DNA from: an uncultured Verrucomicrobiae bacterium
GTDB taxonomy: Bacteria > Verrucomicrobiota > Verrucomicrobiia > Chthoniobacterales > JAFAMB01
Assembly (NCBI GenBank): GCA_963837955.1
Contig: CAWIPH010000002.1
Coordinates: 544,001 to 608,000 of the forward strand
DNA length: 64,000 bases
Reading direction: 5' to 3'
Shown one piece after another: positions 49,634-59,059 of the stretch (its first letter is position 1; each line of letters opens with the position of its first letter). The position numbers and the translations under genes are program-made. The notes under the pieces are model-generated. The model saw nothing but the letters and a program-made list of their open reading frames with translations. It did not search any database and was not told the DNA's origin.

Positions 49634-50634
49634 GGTGCGGTCCTCCAAATGGTTTCTCCTAAAAGGGTACCGACACCCAGCAGCGCGACTCCCGCTCCAA
49701 TAAACCAGGAAAAGAAGTCGCCATAATGTTGAATCTGGCGGACATCCATTTCGGTTTTCTCCAACCGATTAATCGCGCTGAAGATCGCCTCCATTCCCCG
49801 GGTATCAGTAGCTCGAAAGAATTGGCCATGCCCAATTTCAGCAATTTTTCGGCAGGTGTCTTCCTGAAACGGCATATACTCTTCAGTGTAAAACTTATTT
49901 CCGAACCGATCAGTTTCCGGGAAAGGCACTAGTCCATTTGTGCCAGTCCCGATGGTGTAAATTTTGATACCGACGGCCGCGGCTGCCTCTGCCGCGGTGA
50001 ACGGGGGCACGGAACCGGCGTTATTATCGCCATCGGTCAACAAGACGATGACTCGGCTTTTTGCCTTGCGATCTCGCAACCGGTTAGCGGCGCTCACTAG
50101 AGCGGACCCGATTGCGGTGCCATCCTCAGTCAATCCAATTTGGAGTTTGCTGAGGTTGGATAGCAGCCAGGTATGATCCAGGGTAAGCGGGCTAACCAGA
50201 AAGGGTCGCCCGGCAAACGCGATGACTCCGATGCGGTCGTTGGGCCGGCCTTCGATGAACCGTTCAGTCACCTGTTTCACGACGTCGATTCGACTAGCCC
50301 GCTCAGCTCCGATCGTGAAATCTTCCGATAACATCGACCGAGACACATCCAGCAGGATCATAACATCGATGCCGCTGGCCCGAATTTGCGAGCTGGTAGT
50401 CCCAAACTGCGGGCGCGCCAATCCGATAATGAGACTGAAAAGCGCTGTATAAAGAAGTGTTCTTTGGATGAAAACGCGATTCGATCCCGCAAACTTAAAG
50501 CCGTTTCGAAAAATGCGCGCCGGCGCAAACTGCAGGCTGGGCGATTTCATTCGCCGCTGGCAAAACCAGATCAGAGGCAACACCAGAAGAGCCAATAGGA
50601 ACCAACTGTGCTCAAATCGGAAATGCATGATCAA
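49630..50634 (-). CDS. batA: BatA vWA domain protein
   Basis: ARPQ, DVSRSM, SPLTLDH, GTAIG, LLTDGDNN. Confidence 0.92.
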   Translation of the reverse strand: MIMHFRFEHSWFLLALLVLPLIWFCQRRMKSPSLQFAPARIFRNGFKFAGSNRVFIQRTLLYTALFSLIIGLARPQFGTTSSQIRASGIDVMILLDVSRSMLSEDFTIGAERASRIDVVKQVTERFIEGRPNDRIGVIAFAGRPFLVSPLTLDHTWLLSNLSKLQIGLTEDGTAIGSALVSAANRLRDRKAKSRVIVLLTDGDNNAGSVPPFTAAEAAAAVGIKIYTIGTGTNGLVPFPETDRFGNKFYTEEYMPFQEDTCRKIAEIGHGQFFRATDTRGMEAIFSAINRLEKTEMDVRQIQHYGDFFSWFIGAGVALLGVGTLLGETIWRTAP

Positions 50635-51131
50635 ACGGTCTCATCGATCCAGGCTGTCGCTTGACGCAATAAACTAGCCGGCGCTGTCGCCAGCCTAGCT
50701 CGCGCGAACTTCAACTGATCGCAAGTCCGAAGAAATTCTTGCAGACGCTCTCTCTGCACCGGCTCGAATAGCTTTTGCTGCGCGGTACTCACCAGAAATT
50801 CTTCGGTCGATTGCCGGCACGCTCGCAATCCGTATTGGCGCTCCAAAAACACGCGAAGAACTTGCGAAAGCCGGAAGGCTGCTTCGTCCGGATCCAGCAT
50901 CGCAATTTCATGATCAAGCCTGGCTAATTCGGAGCGTGCCCAATCCTTCGGGAGAGCTGGCGGTAAAACCGTCTTCCGATTGGGCCAAAAAGCATAAGCG
51001 AGTACGGCCACCACTAGAAGAGCGGTTAGAATTCCGATGATTCCCCAGAGCGAATGCTCAACCAGCGGCGGCTTGATATCTTCAAGCTCCTGCGTGACCT
51101 CGGTTAGACCGAGCATGACAACCTGGATCAT
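50631..51131 (-). CDS. DUF4381-like Bat operon membrane protein
   Basis: LEDIKPP, TM, STEEFL, CDQLKFA. Confidence 0.75.
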   Translation of the reverse strand: MIQVVMLGLTEVTQELEDIKPPLVEHSLWGIIGILTALLVVAVLAYAFWPNRKTVLPPALPKDWARSELARLDHEIAMLDPDEAAFRLSQVLRVFLERQYGLRACRQSTEEFLVSTAQQKLFEPVQRERLQEFLRTCDQLKFARARLATAPASLLRQATAWIDETV

Positions 51132-52018
51132 CCTGAGCTCCTCAAGTGCCGCTGTCGACGGACAAAGAAGTTCCGCAATATAGGGAAATAATCTTGATCC
51201 GTCCTCAGCGGTATCAATCCAACTTTGCTCCGCCGCAGCAATGCATCTCGACTCTTGCGCTGTTCGTCCACCAGCCGGGCGAATTCGCGACGCGTTCGCG
51301 CATTCGAAAAATCGATCTCAGACCTGAGACCGGTCTCAGGATCTTGTACCTCCACAATCCCAGCGGGCGGGAGTTGCCACTCTCCCGGATCCTCGATCGG
51401 GACGGCTATGAGATCGTGCCGGCGAGCACAGATGGAGAGCGGCCGTTCAAAACCGTCTGCTTGGAAATCGGATAATAAAAAGATGACAGCGCGCCGAGTC
51501 GTTACCCGATTAATAAATTCCAGCGGTCGGGCCAGGTCGGTGCCGCGGCCTTCCGGTTCGAAAAAAAGGATCTCGCGAATTAGCCGAAGAGTGTGAGTGC
51601 GCCCTTTTTTCGGGGGTATGTAGAGCTCGGTTCGATCGGTAAAGAGCAGCAGGCCAACATTGTCATTATTTCGAATCGCACAGAACGCCAGGAGCGAAGC
51701 AACTTCAGCGGCCATCTCGCGTTTGCTGTCTGAGACACTGCCGAAACCTCCGGAAGCGCTGATATCGACCAATAACAAGACGGTGAGTTCGCGTTCCTCG
51801 ACATATTTCCGGACGAAGGCTTCTCCCATTCGAGCTGTAACATTCCAATCGATCGTCCGGATTTCGTCCCCGACTTGATAAGGACGGAAATCGTCGAAGT
51901 TCATCCCCCGTCCCCTGAAGACGCTGTGGTATTGGCCCGCGAATGCGGTTTCAACCATCCGGCGAGTGGTCAATTCCAGCCGCCGGATTTTTTTTAGAAT
52001 CTCTTTAGTGGAGCGCAT
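51128..52018 (-). CDS. DUF58 domain protein
   Basis: GMNFDDFRPYQVGDEIRTIDWNVTAR, EERE, LSDF. Confidence 0.93.
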   Translation of the reverse strand: MRSTKEILKKIRRLELTTRRMVETAFAGQYHSVFRGRGMNFDDFRPYQVGDEIRTIDWNVTARMGEAFVRKYVEERELTVLLLVDISASGGFGSVSDSKREMAAEVASLLAFCAIRNNDNVGLLLFTDRTELYIPPKKGRTHTLRLIREILFFEPEGRGTDLARPLEFINRVTTRRAVIFLLSDFQADGFERPLSICARRHDLIAVPIEDPGEWQLPPAGIVEVQDPETGLRSEIDFSNARTRREFARLVDEQRKSRDALLRRSKVGLIPLRTDQDYFPILRNFFVRRQRHLRSSG

Positions 52019-52051
52019 GCGCGCACTATTTTGAAACGCGGTGTAAGTAGA

Positions 52052-53041
52052 TTACGGCACCGGAAGCCCGGCGAAGATCCGCTCTACGATTGTGTCGCTC
52101 GTCACCTCTTCCGCTTCCGCCTCGTAGCTAACTATGATTCGGTGGCGAAGAACGTCCGGTCCTATCGACTTTACATCGTGAGGGGTGACGTACCCTCGGC
52201 CCTCCATGAACGCGTGGCCGCGCGCTGCCAGCGTCAAATAAATCGTAGCCCTCGGCGAGGCCCCGTAGCGGATCAGGCCATCCATGCCCAATTGGTAGTC
52301 ACCAGGACGGCGCGTAGCCCAAATGAGATCGACGATATAATCCTTGATCCGATCATCTATAAAGATCCGATTCACAACGTCGCGAGACTGAATAATCGTT
52401 TCCGGGCTGGCGACGCCCTGCACCGAAAAGTCCGGTGCGGATGTGCCCATGAGGTCCAAAATCTGCCGTTCTTCATGCTTGGTAGGGTATTCGACGTTCA
52501 ATTTCAGCATGAATCGATCCAACTGGGCTTCCGGTAATGGATACGTGCCTTCTTGCTCGAGTGGATTTTGGGTTGCCAGCACGAGAAAAGGGTCCGGTAG
52601 CTGATATGACTGTTCGCCAATCGTCACCTGTCGCTCCTGCATCGCTTCCAATAACGCACTCTGAACCTTTGCGGGTGCTCGATTAATTTCGTCTGCCAGT
52701 ATCAGATTGGAGAAGATGGGACCTAACTTCGGCCGAAAGTCTCCATCCCGGGGATTGTACATGAGCGTTCCGACGATGTCGGCCGGCAGAAGGTCCGGTG
52801 TGAATTGAAGCCGATGAAATCCGGTCCGAATACATCCAGCCAACGTTCGAACGGTTAAGGTCTTCGCCAGTCCCGGAACACCTTCCAACAAAACGTGTCC
52901 ATTGGTCAGCAGGCCGATCAATAAACGATCAACCAAGTATTTTTGCCCGACTACCACCCGCGAGATTTCGTTCTGGACGGCGCTAACCCAGGTCCCCGCA
53001 GTTTTCACTTCCTCGGTCAACGCTTCTGTAGAAATCGTCAT
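52052..53041 (-). CDS. moxR: MoxR family AAA+ ATPase
   Basis: EGVPGLAKT, QFTPDLLPAD, DEINRAPAKVQSALLEAMQE, LPEAQLDRF. Confidence 0.96.
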   Translation of the reverse strand: MTISTEALTEEVKTAGTWVSAVQNEISRVVVGQKYLVDRLLIGLLTNGHVLLEGVPGLAKTLTVRTLAGCIRTGFHRLQFTPDLLPADIVGTLMYNPRDGDFRPKLGPIFSNLILADEINRAPAKVQSALLEAMQERQVTIGEQSYQLPDPFLVLATQNPLEQEGTYPLPEAQLDRFMLKLNVEYPTKHEERQILDLMGTSAPDFSVQGVASPETIIQSRDVVNRIFIDDRIKDYIVDLIWATRRPGDYQLGMDGLIRYGASPRATIYLTLAARGHAFMEGRGYVTPHDVKSIGPDVLRHRIIVSYEAEAEEVTSDTIVERIFAGLPVP

Positions 53042-53151
53042 AAAGATTTATTTAGAGTGCAACAAAAGGCTTCTCAAAGAAAACGCAAACGCTAGCACCC
53101 AATTGGAATTGGGTTGAAACCGTACCGAAAACCCCGCATTTTGAAATAGTT

Positions 53152-54432
53152 TTGTATCCGACCCCGTGGCAGAGGAAAACCTTGTGGACCGCGATCACTT
53201 GCGTCTCTTTCGTGGTGATCGCTGCGGTGATATTCTTGGCCGTTCTGGTGACGACCCGGCTTGTTCTTTTTTTGCAGCCCCTCCTTTTGCCGTTGGCGAT
53301 CGCTGGAGTGCTCGCTTATCTGCTCGAGCCGCTGGTCAGTTGGCTGGCCCGCCGCGGCTTACCTCGCCTGATCGCGGTGATTATCGTGTTTGCCGTTTTC
53401 GTCTTGGGCGGTAGCCTTCTATTCATCGGTATTGGTCCGTCGATCTCTGCCGAAAGCCAAAAGTTTTTCACGGCTTTGCCCGGCTACTTAGAGAGAAGCT
53501 GGGGTTTGTTCGGGGATTCTCTCGAAAATACGTTGAACAAATTACCACCCCAGTTAGCGCCACACCCTTTGGATGCTAACGCAACTCCTGGTCCTTCCGC
53601 TGGAGTCGTTCCATCGCCAACTCCCAATGGGACCACTGCTCCTGGTAACGCCTTCGAGCGATACCGGGACAACCCGTACGTCCAGCAGTCGTTGCAGTAT
53701 TTGAAAGATCAACTGCCGGCTCTCGCTCAGCAAACCTGGACTTTCATCCAAACCAGCCTGACCGGGGTATTCGGTGTCTTCGGCTACCTCATCGGCCTTT
53801 TTATCGTACCGATTTACCTCTTTTTCTTTCTCAAAGAGAGCCCTCGCATCGCCTCGTCCTGGAGTAATTTTCTCCCGATCCGGAACTCAGACTTCAAAGA
53901 TGAAGTCGTTAGCGTCATTTCTGAGATCAACGGTTATCTGATCGCCTTCTTTCGCGGACAATTGGTCGTCAGCCTGATCGACGGCGCTCTCGTTGCCACC
54001 GGTTTGTCGATCGTCGGTCTCCAGTTTGGGTTCTTGATCGGGATTTTCTTCGCCGGAATTGGGATCATTCCCTACGTCGGGTATGTTGTCTGTTATGTCC
54101 CAGCAGTAATCATTGCCTTCGTTCAGTTCAATGACTTCGCGCATCCATTTTGGGTAAGCGTGGTCTTCCTGATTGTTTCTCAGATTGACGGGATCGTCAT
54201 GGCTCCACGCATCATCGGTAATTCCGTCGGCCTGCACCCGATCACCGTAATTTTTTCGGTTTTTTTCTGGACGCTGGTTTTTGGTGGCTTGCTGGGGGCG
54301 GTGCTCGCAGTCCCGCTCACGGCCACCGTTAAGGTGTTGATGAAACGCTACGTCTGGGACCGGCAGCGGAGCCTGTTTTTCGACAAGCTTGAGCCCAAAG
54401 ACGAAGACAGCGAGATCGAGATCGCGACGTAG
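53152..54432 (+). CDS. AI-2E family transporter
   Basis: FFRGQL, IPYVG, PRIIGNSVGLHP, LAVPLTA. Confidence 0.92.
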   Translation: MYPTPWQRKTLWTAITCVSFVVIAAVIFLAVLVTTRLVLFLQPLLLPLAIAGVLAYLLEPLVSWLARRGLPRLIAVIIVFAVFVLGGSLLFIGIGPSISAESQKFFTALPGYLERSWGLFGDSLENTLNKLPPQLAPHPLDANATPGPSAGVVPSPTPNGTTAPGNAFERYRDNPYVQQSLQYLKDQLPALAQQTWTFIQTSLTGVFGVFGYLIGLFIVPIYLFFFLKESPRIASSWSNFLPIRNSDFKDEVVSVISEINGYLIAFFRGQLVVSLIDGALVATGLSIVGLQFGFLIGIFFAGIGIIPYVGYVVCYVPAVIIAFVQFNDFAHPFWVSVVFLIVSQIDGIVMAPRIIGNSVGLHPITVIFSVFFWTLVFGGLLGAVLAVPLTATVKVLMKRYVWDRQRSLFFDKLEPKDEDSEIEIAT

Positions 54433-54444
54433 GGGAGAGGGGTC

Positions 54445-54711
54445 CGGAATCTGGAATCTGAATTAGATTCAGAGAGTCAGGAGTCACCACAGATTATCGA
54501 ATACCGACGACTGGGTATTGTGACTCGGCACAACCGATTGTTCCGCGCGAGCGCCTTCCGAACAGTCAGACAGTAAGCATAACAGACGGTGGCGCTATCA
54601 TGTCTGTTTGCAGACGTAGCCCTTCGTTCACGTTTCGCTGATGCCGAATTCTGGATTCCCGATTCTAAATTCTAAATTCTAAATTCCAAATTCTATATTC
54701 CAGATTCAGAA
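54445..54711. repeat. Intergenic element with heptamer tracts in opposite orientation at its ends
   Basis: GGAATCTGGAATCTGAATT at left; (ATTCTAA)n...TTCCAGATTCAGA at right, between convergent genes. Confidence 0.65.
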
Positions 54712-54715
54712 CCAG

Positions 54716-56068
54716 CTACATATGCGCGATGATATTGTCGCCGAATTCGGAGCACTTAATCTCAGTGGCCCCATCCATCAAACGGGCGAAATCGTAAGTG
54801 ACGCGTTTGCTGGCTATTGCTCCGTTTAGGCCTTTCAGAATTAAATCCGCTGCTTCCGCCCAGCCCAGATGACGTAGCATCATCTCACCGGAGAGCACAA
54901 CCGAGCCCGGGTTTACCCGATCGAGATTTGCATACTTCGGGGCAGTGCCGTGGGTCGCCTCGAATATCGCGTGTCCGGTATGATAATTGATGTTACCGCC
55001 CGGAGCGATACCGATTCCCCCTACCTGAGCTGCCAATGCGTCAGATAAATAGTCACCGTTGAGGTTCAGGGTGGCGATAACATCAAAATCGTCTGGCCGA
55101 GTCAGGACCTGCTGCAACGTGATGTCCGCGATTGCATCTTTGACGATGATTTTACCTTCCGCCTGAGCGGCTTTCATCTCTTCGTTGGCCGCTTTTTCGC
55201 CGTTGGCTGCCTTCGTCTTTTCCCAGCGAGCCCAGGAATAGGTTTGATCTTTAAATAGAGTGTCCGCCAACTCGTATCCCCAATCGCGGAACGCTCCCTC
55301 GGTAAACTTCATGATGTTCCCTTTGTGAACTAACGTGACCGACTTCCGTTTCTGTTCGATCGCGTAACGGAGCGCGGCAGCAACCAATCGCCTCGTTCCC
55401 AGCCGGCTTACCGGCTTAATCCCAACGCCAACTTCCACATCAGTCTGACCCAGCGCCGGCTCGAAACTGAGAAATCCCTTGATCGCGCTCTCGGTTCCAA
55501 ACCGAACTTTTGCGAACTCTTTTGGGAATTCTTTTTCCAGAAATGCGAGAAATTTCTGTGCTTCCGGTGATCCGGCTCGAAATTCTATACCGGCGTAAAT
55601 GTCTTCCGTGTTTTCGCGGAAAATCACCATGTTTACCCGCTCAGGATGGCGGACCGGAGAAGGTACACCCTGAAACCACTGCACCGGCCGCAAGCACACA
55701 TAAAGATCAAGAAGCTGTCGTAGCGCGACATTCAGCGATCGGATTCCACCGCCGACTGGGGTGGTTAGCGGACCTTTGATTCCTACTAAAAATTCTTTGA
55801 ATGCGTTAACGGTGTCGTCGGGCAACCAACTGTCGAATTTCTGTTTTGCGGTTTCTCCGGCAAACACCTCGAACCAGGATATGCGTTTTTGGCCTCCATA
55901 GGCCTTCTCGACTGCCGCGTTAAAGACTCGTTCGCTGGCGGCCCAGATGTCGCTGCCGGTCCCATCACCGCGAATAAAAGGAATGACTGGGTTATCCGGA
56001 CAGCGGATCTTGCCGTTCTCAATGGTGACTTTGCCGCCAATAGGGGGTTGCACAGTTTGATATGACAT
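54716..56068 (-). CDS. icd: NADP-dependent isocitrate dehydrogenase
   Basis: [56 protein letters not shown]. Confidence 0.97.
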   Translation of the reverse strand: MSYQTVQPPIGGKVTIENGKIRCPDNPVIPFIRGDGTGSDIWAASERVFNAAVEKAYGGQKRISWFEVFAGETAKQKFDSWLPDDTVNAFKEFLVGIKGPLTTPVGGGIRSLNVALRQLLDLYVCLRPVQWFQGVPSPVRHPERVNMVIFRENTEDIYAGIEFRAGSPEAQKFLAFLEKEFPKEFAKVRFGTESAIKGFLSFEPALGQTDVEVGVGIKPVSRLGTRRLVAAALRYAIEQKRKSVTLVHKGNIMKFTEGAFRDWGYELADTLFKDQTYSWARWEKTKAANGEKAANEEMKAAQAEGKIIVKDAIADITLQQVLTRPDDFDVIATLNLNGDYLSDALAAQVGGIGIAPGGNINYHTGHAIFEATHGTAPKYANLDRVNPGSVVLSGEMMLRHLGWAEAADLILKGLNGAIASKRVTYDFARLMDGATEIKCSEFGDNIIAHM

Positions 56069-56288
56069 AAAGACTTGGATAACAGGGTCCTCGCGACCCG
56101 TCGGAATTCTTCCGTCACCTAAAAAATTAGGCAACGCAAATGGAAACCACCCAGCGTGCTGACCGAGCTACCGTTTGCATTGCAGTTCTAGACTGCACCC
56201 CATCGGTTGGGGCCTATATTTGCAAATGTCACCCCCTGTGCTTTAATGCCCAGGCAATAAGTTAACCTCGTTAAATTTTTATCAGGCT

Positions 56289-56765
56289 ATGATTATTACT
56301 GAGCCGCGGGCGGAGACCGAAGTTCACGCGCAAGCCGAGGAGTTGGCTCAGATCTTGATGAACCTCCAGCGCTGCTTTCTCGCCAATCTTTCCGCGGAAT
56401 TGAGCCGGGGAAGCGTGTCCTTCCCCCAGTACTTCCTCTTAACCTATTTGGAACACAGGGAGGTGATTAGCATGTCCGAGATCGCCGCGAAAATGGGGCA
56501 TACCACTGCTGCAGCGACTGGCTTAGTTGATCGACTGGAGCGACTGGGGTATGTGCAGCGCGCCCATGCACTGGACGATCGGCGGAAAGTAATGGTACGG
56601 ATCACCCGGAAAGGGTCGAATCTGGTAACCCGAATCCGACAAGACATGGTGGACACGATCACGCTTCTGTTGAAAGAACATCTTACAGCGGAACAAGGAA
56701 GGACCTGGTTGGAGGTCTATCGGAAAATCACGCAATTTTGCGATATAACAGTAAACAAAGAATGA
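56289..56765 (+). CDS. MarR family transcriptional regulator
   Basis: MSEIA...TGLVDRLERLGYVQR..DDRRKV.VRITRKG. Confidence 0.93.
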   Translation: MIITEPRAETEVHAQAEELAQILMNLQRCFLANLSAELSRGSVSFPQYFLLTYLEHREVISMSEIAAKMGHTTAAATGLVDRLERLGYVQRAHALDDRRKVMVRITRKGSNLVTRIRQDMVDTITLLLKEHLTAEQGRTWLEVYRKITQFCDITVNKE

Positions 56766-58378
56766 GATTCTCTTTATTCGCCTTAACCACATTGGCCGGA
56801 TTCACTGCCTCGCTCTTAGCCGGCGAGTCAAACGTAAGCTCTCACAGTCAAGTTTTGACGCTCGATCAGGCGGTCCAGATAGCGATCAAACAAAACCCGA
56901 ATATTCTACGGCAGATTCAGGAATTAAAACGGAACAAGGGATTAGTCTACGAAGCGCAGGCGAGATTGTTGCCGCAGGTGACCGGCAGCGCTAGCTACAC
57001 GCAGGACGATCCGGGACTGGTGTCGAATACGAAAGGAGGGGGAAATGCAAACTTAGATTTGCTTGCTCTGCCAGCGGGTCAAAATCTGGTGATCGGCCCC
57101 CGTGGAACAACGAATCTTGTCTCTTTTCCCCTCAGCTCACTCCTTTCCAACCAACGAACATCCACCGAGAGCTGGACGGTGCAAATCCAAGTAACCCAAT
57201 TGATTTACGACGGCGGAGCCACCATCGCTTCGCGCAGAGCAGCCCGGATCAATGAGGACGCGGCATATTACACTTTGCGAGATACCATCGATTCGACAGT
57301 GGAAACGGTGCGAACGCAGTTCTATCAGATCCTTCTCGATAAGGCGCTGATCCAGGTCCAGGAAGAGTCAGTCAACCTGCTCCAGAGTCAATTGGAAGAT
57401 CAGAAAAGCCGGTTTGAAGCGGGGACTGTCCCTCAGTTCAACGTACTGCAAGCCCAGTCACAGCTTCAGAATCAGATCCCGCAGCTGATCACCGCTCAGA
57501 ACAACTATCGAATAGCCCAGGTGCAGCTTGCTAAAACGCTAGGTATCCCGGCAGGCCGCCAATATGCCACCGATGAGCCATTGCCGATTACCGGCCGGCT
57601 CACCTACACGCCGATCAAATACGATTTGTCCAGCGCATTGGTCACGGCGCGAGCAAATCGTCCATTTCTCAAGGCCCAAAGATCAAACGTGCTTGCCAGT
57701 GTCGAGCAGGTCACCGTTGCCGCCTCGGGTTTCAAACCAACGATTTCAGCTAATGCCGGCCTGAGGCAGACGAATAATCCTCGAAGTAGCCAATTGGATA
57801 ATACCCTGGAAGGATGGTTTTTCGGATTTACCGGGTCCTGGAATATCTTTGACGGCGGTTCCACTTACGGAAACCTGAAAGCCACTCGCGCCAGTTTGGA
57901 AGAAACCAAAGTGACCTTGGATGACTCGACCCGGCAAGTTGAGCTCGATGTCGCAACCGCCGTCGATAATCTTCGCCAGGCGCAAGAGACTATCGCAGCA
58001 TCGGAAACGGCAGTTCAAGTCTCGCAAGAAGCCCTCCGCTTGGCCAATGAACGTTTAGCGGCCGGAACCGGCACACAGTTGGATGTTCTCACCCAGCAGA
58101 CCCAATTGACCACCGCCCGTTCCAATCTCGTCCAGGCCCAGTTCAACTATATTGCTGCGGTGGCCCAGTACCAGTTCGCTACCGGCACTGAGACCAAATA
58201 CAATGATATGTTTGACAGCCCGGATACGCGGCCTTTGACCTTAACCAACACGGAAGCGAATAAAGCGCTCCGTTCTCGGTATGACTCTCCGTTGGATCCC
58301 TGCAAACCTGCGACCACTAAGGCAAAGAAAATATCTCTGACCCCGCCGGCGGGCAAAGTTGTGTTCTCTAACGATTGA
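56762..58378 (+). CDS. TolC family outer membrane protein
   Basis: LTLDQAV..A..QNP, QLIYDGG, two OEP repeats. Confidence 0.9.
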   Translation: MRFSLFALTTLAGFTASLLAGESNVSSHSQVLTLDQAVQIAIKQNPNILRQIQELKRNKGLVYEAQARLLPQVTGSASYTQDDPGLVSNTKGGGNANLDLLALPAGQNLVIGPRGTTNLVSFPLSSLLSNQRTSTESWTVQIQVTQLIYDGGATIASRRAARINEDAAYYTLRDTIDSTVETVRTQFYQILLDKALIQVQEESVNLLQSQLEDQKSRFEAGTVPQFNVLQAQSQLQNQIPQLITAQNNYRIAQVQLAKTLGIPAGRQYATDEPLPITGRLTYTPIKYDLSSALVTARANRPFLKAQRSNVLASVEQVTVAASGFKPTISANAGLRQTNNPRSSQLDNTLEGWFFGFTGSWNIFDGGSTYGNLKATRASLEETKVTLDDSTRQVELDVATAVDNLRQAQETIAASETAVQVSQEALRLANERLAAGTGTQLDVLTQQTQLTTARSNLVQAQFNYIAAVAQYQFATGTETKYNDMFDSPDTRPLTLTNTEANKALRSRYDSPLDPCKPATTKAKKISLTPPAGKVVFSND

Positions 58379-58390
58379 GGACGGTTCGCA

Positions 58391-59059
58391 ATGCCGTTGC
58401 CGGACACGATCCCGATCCAATTCTTTCCGGCGCTATCCAATACCGGGATCGTTGAACACGGATTTATTCTTCGGATACCCGGTTTGGATGTACAGACCGA
58501 CCGGGAATCGGCGTTGCAAAGGCTGGAGAAATACCATCATGAACAGCTGGCAAAGATTGGAACCCGGCCGCTCAAGTTAGCCGAACAGATTCACGGTAGT
58601 GGCGTTGCGTCGATCGACGCCGAGTCACCGCCGAAAAGCAAGGCAGTGGATGGCTTGATCACCGCGGATCCCGACGTCATCCTTGGGATTTACGTCGCGG
58701 ATTGCTGCGCGATCTTTCTGGTGGACCCGATTCGCCGAGTGATTGGGGTTCTGCACTCCGGCAAGAAAGGCACAGAACAAAACATCGTTGGCGCTGCGAT
58801 TCAGAAATTGCAGACAGACTTTCGCTCCAAACCGGGGGATCTGATCGCCGTGCTGAGTCCCTGTATTCGCCCGCCTCATTACGAAATCGATTTCGCCTCA
58901 AGAATCGTGGCTCAACTGCGAGCCGAAGATGTACGTAAGATTTATGATGATGGGGAGAATACCGGGTCCGATCTCGATCGTTTCTACTCTTATCGGATGG
59001 AAAAAGGTCGTACCGGGCGGATGCTGGCGTTTCTCGCTTTGCGGAGCAGATCAAACTAG
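58391..59059 (+). CDS. pgeF: YfiH/PgeF (DUF152) family protein
   Basis: QIHG, DGLIT, VADC, HSG, FYSYR..GRM. Confidence 0.88.
   Translation: MPLPDTIPIQFFPALSNTGIVEHGFILRIPGLDVQTDRESALQRLEKYHHEQLAKIGTRPLKLAEQIHGSGVASIDAESPPKSKAVDGLITADPDVILGIYVADCCAIFLVDPIRRVIGVLHSGKKGTEQNIVGAAIQKLQTDFRSKPGDLIAVLSPCIRPPHYEIDFASRIVAQLRAEDVRKIYDDGENTGSDLDRFYSYRMEKGRTGRMLAFLALRSRSN

Noticed and set aside
54646..54711. CRISPR array
   Set aside because: Tandem heptamers without spacers; no cas genes in the window.
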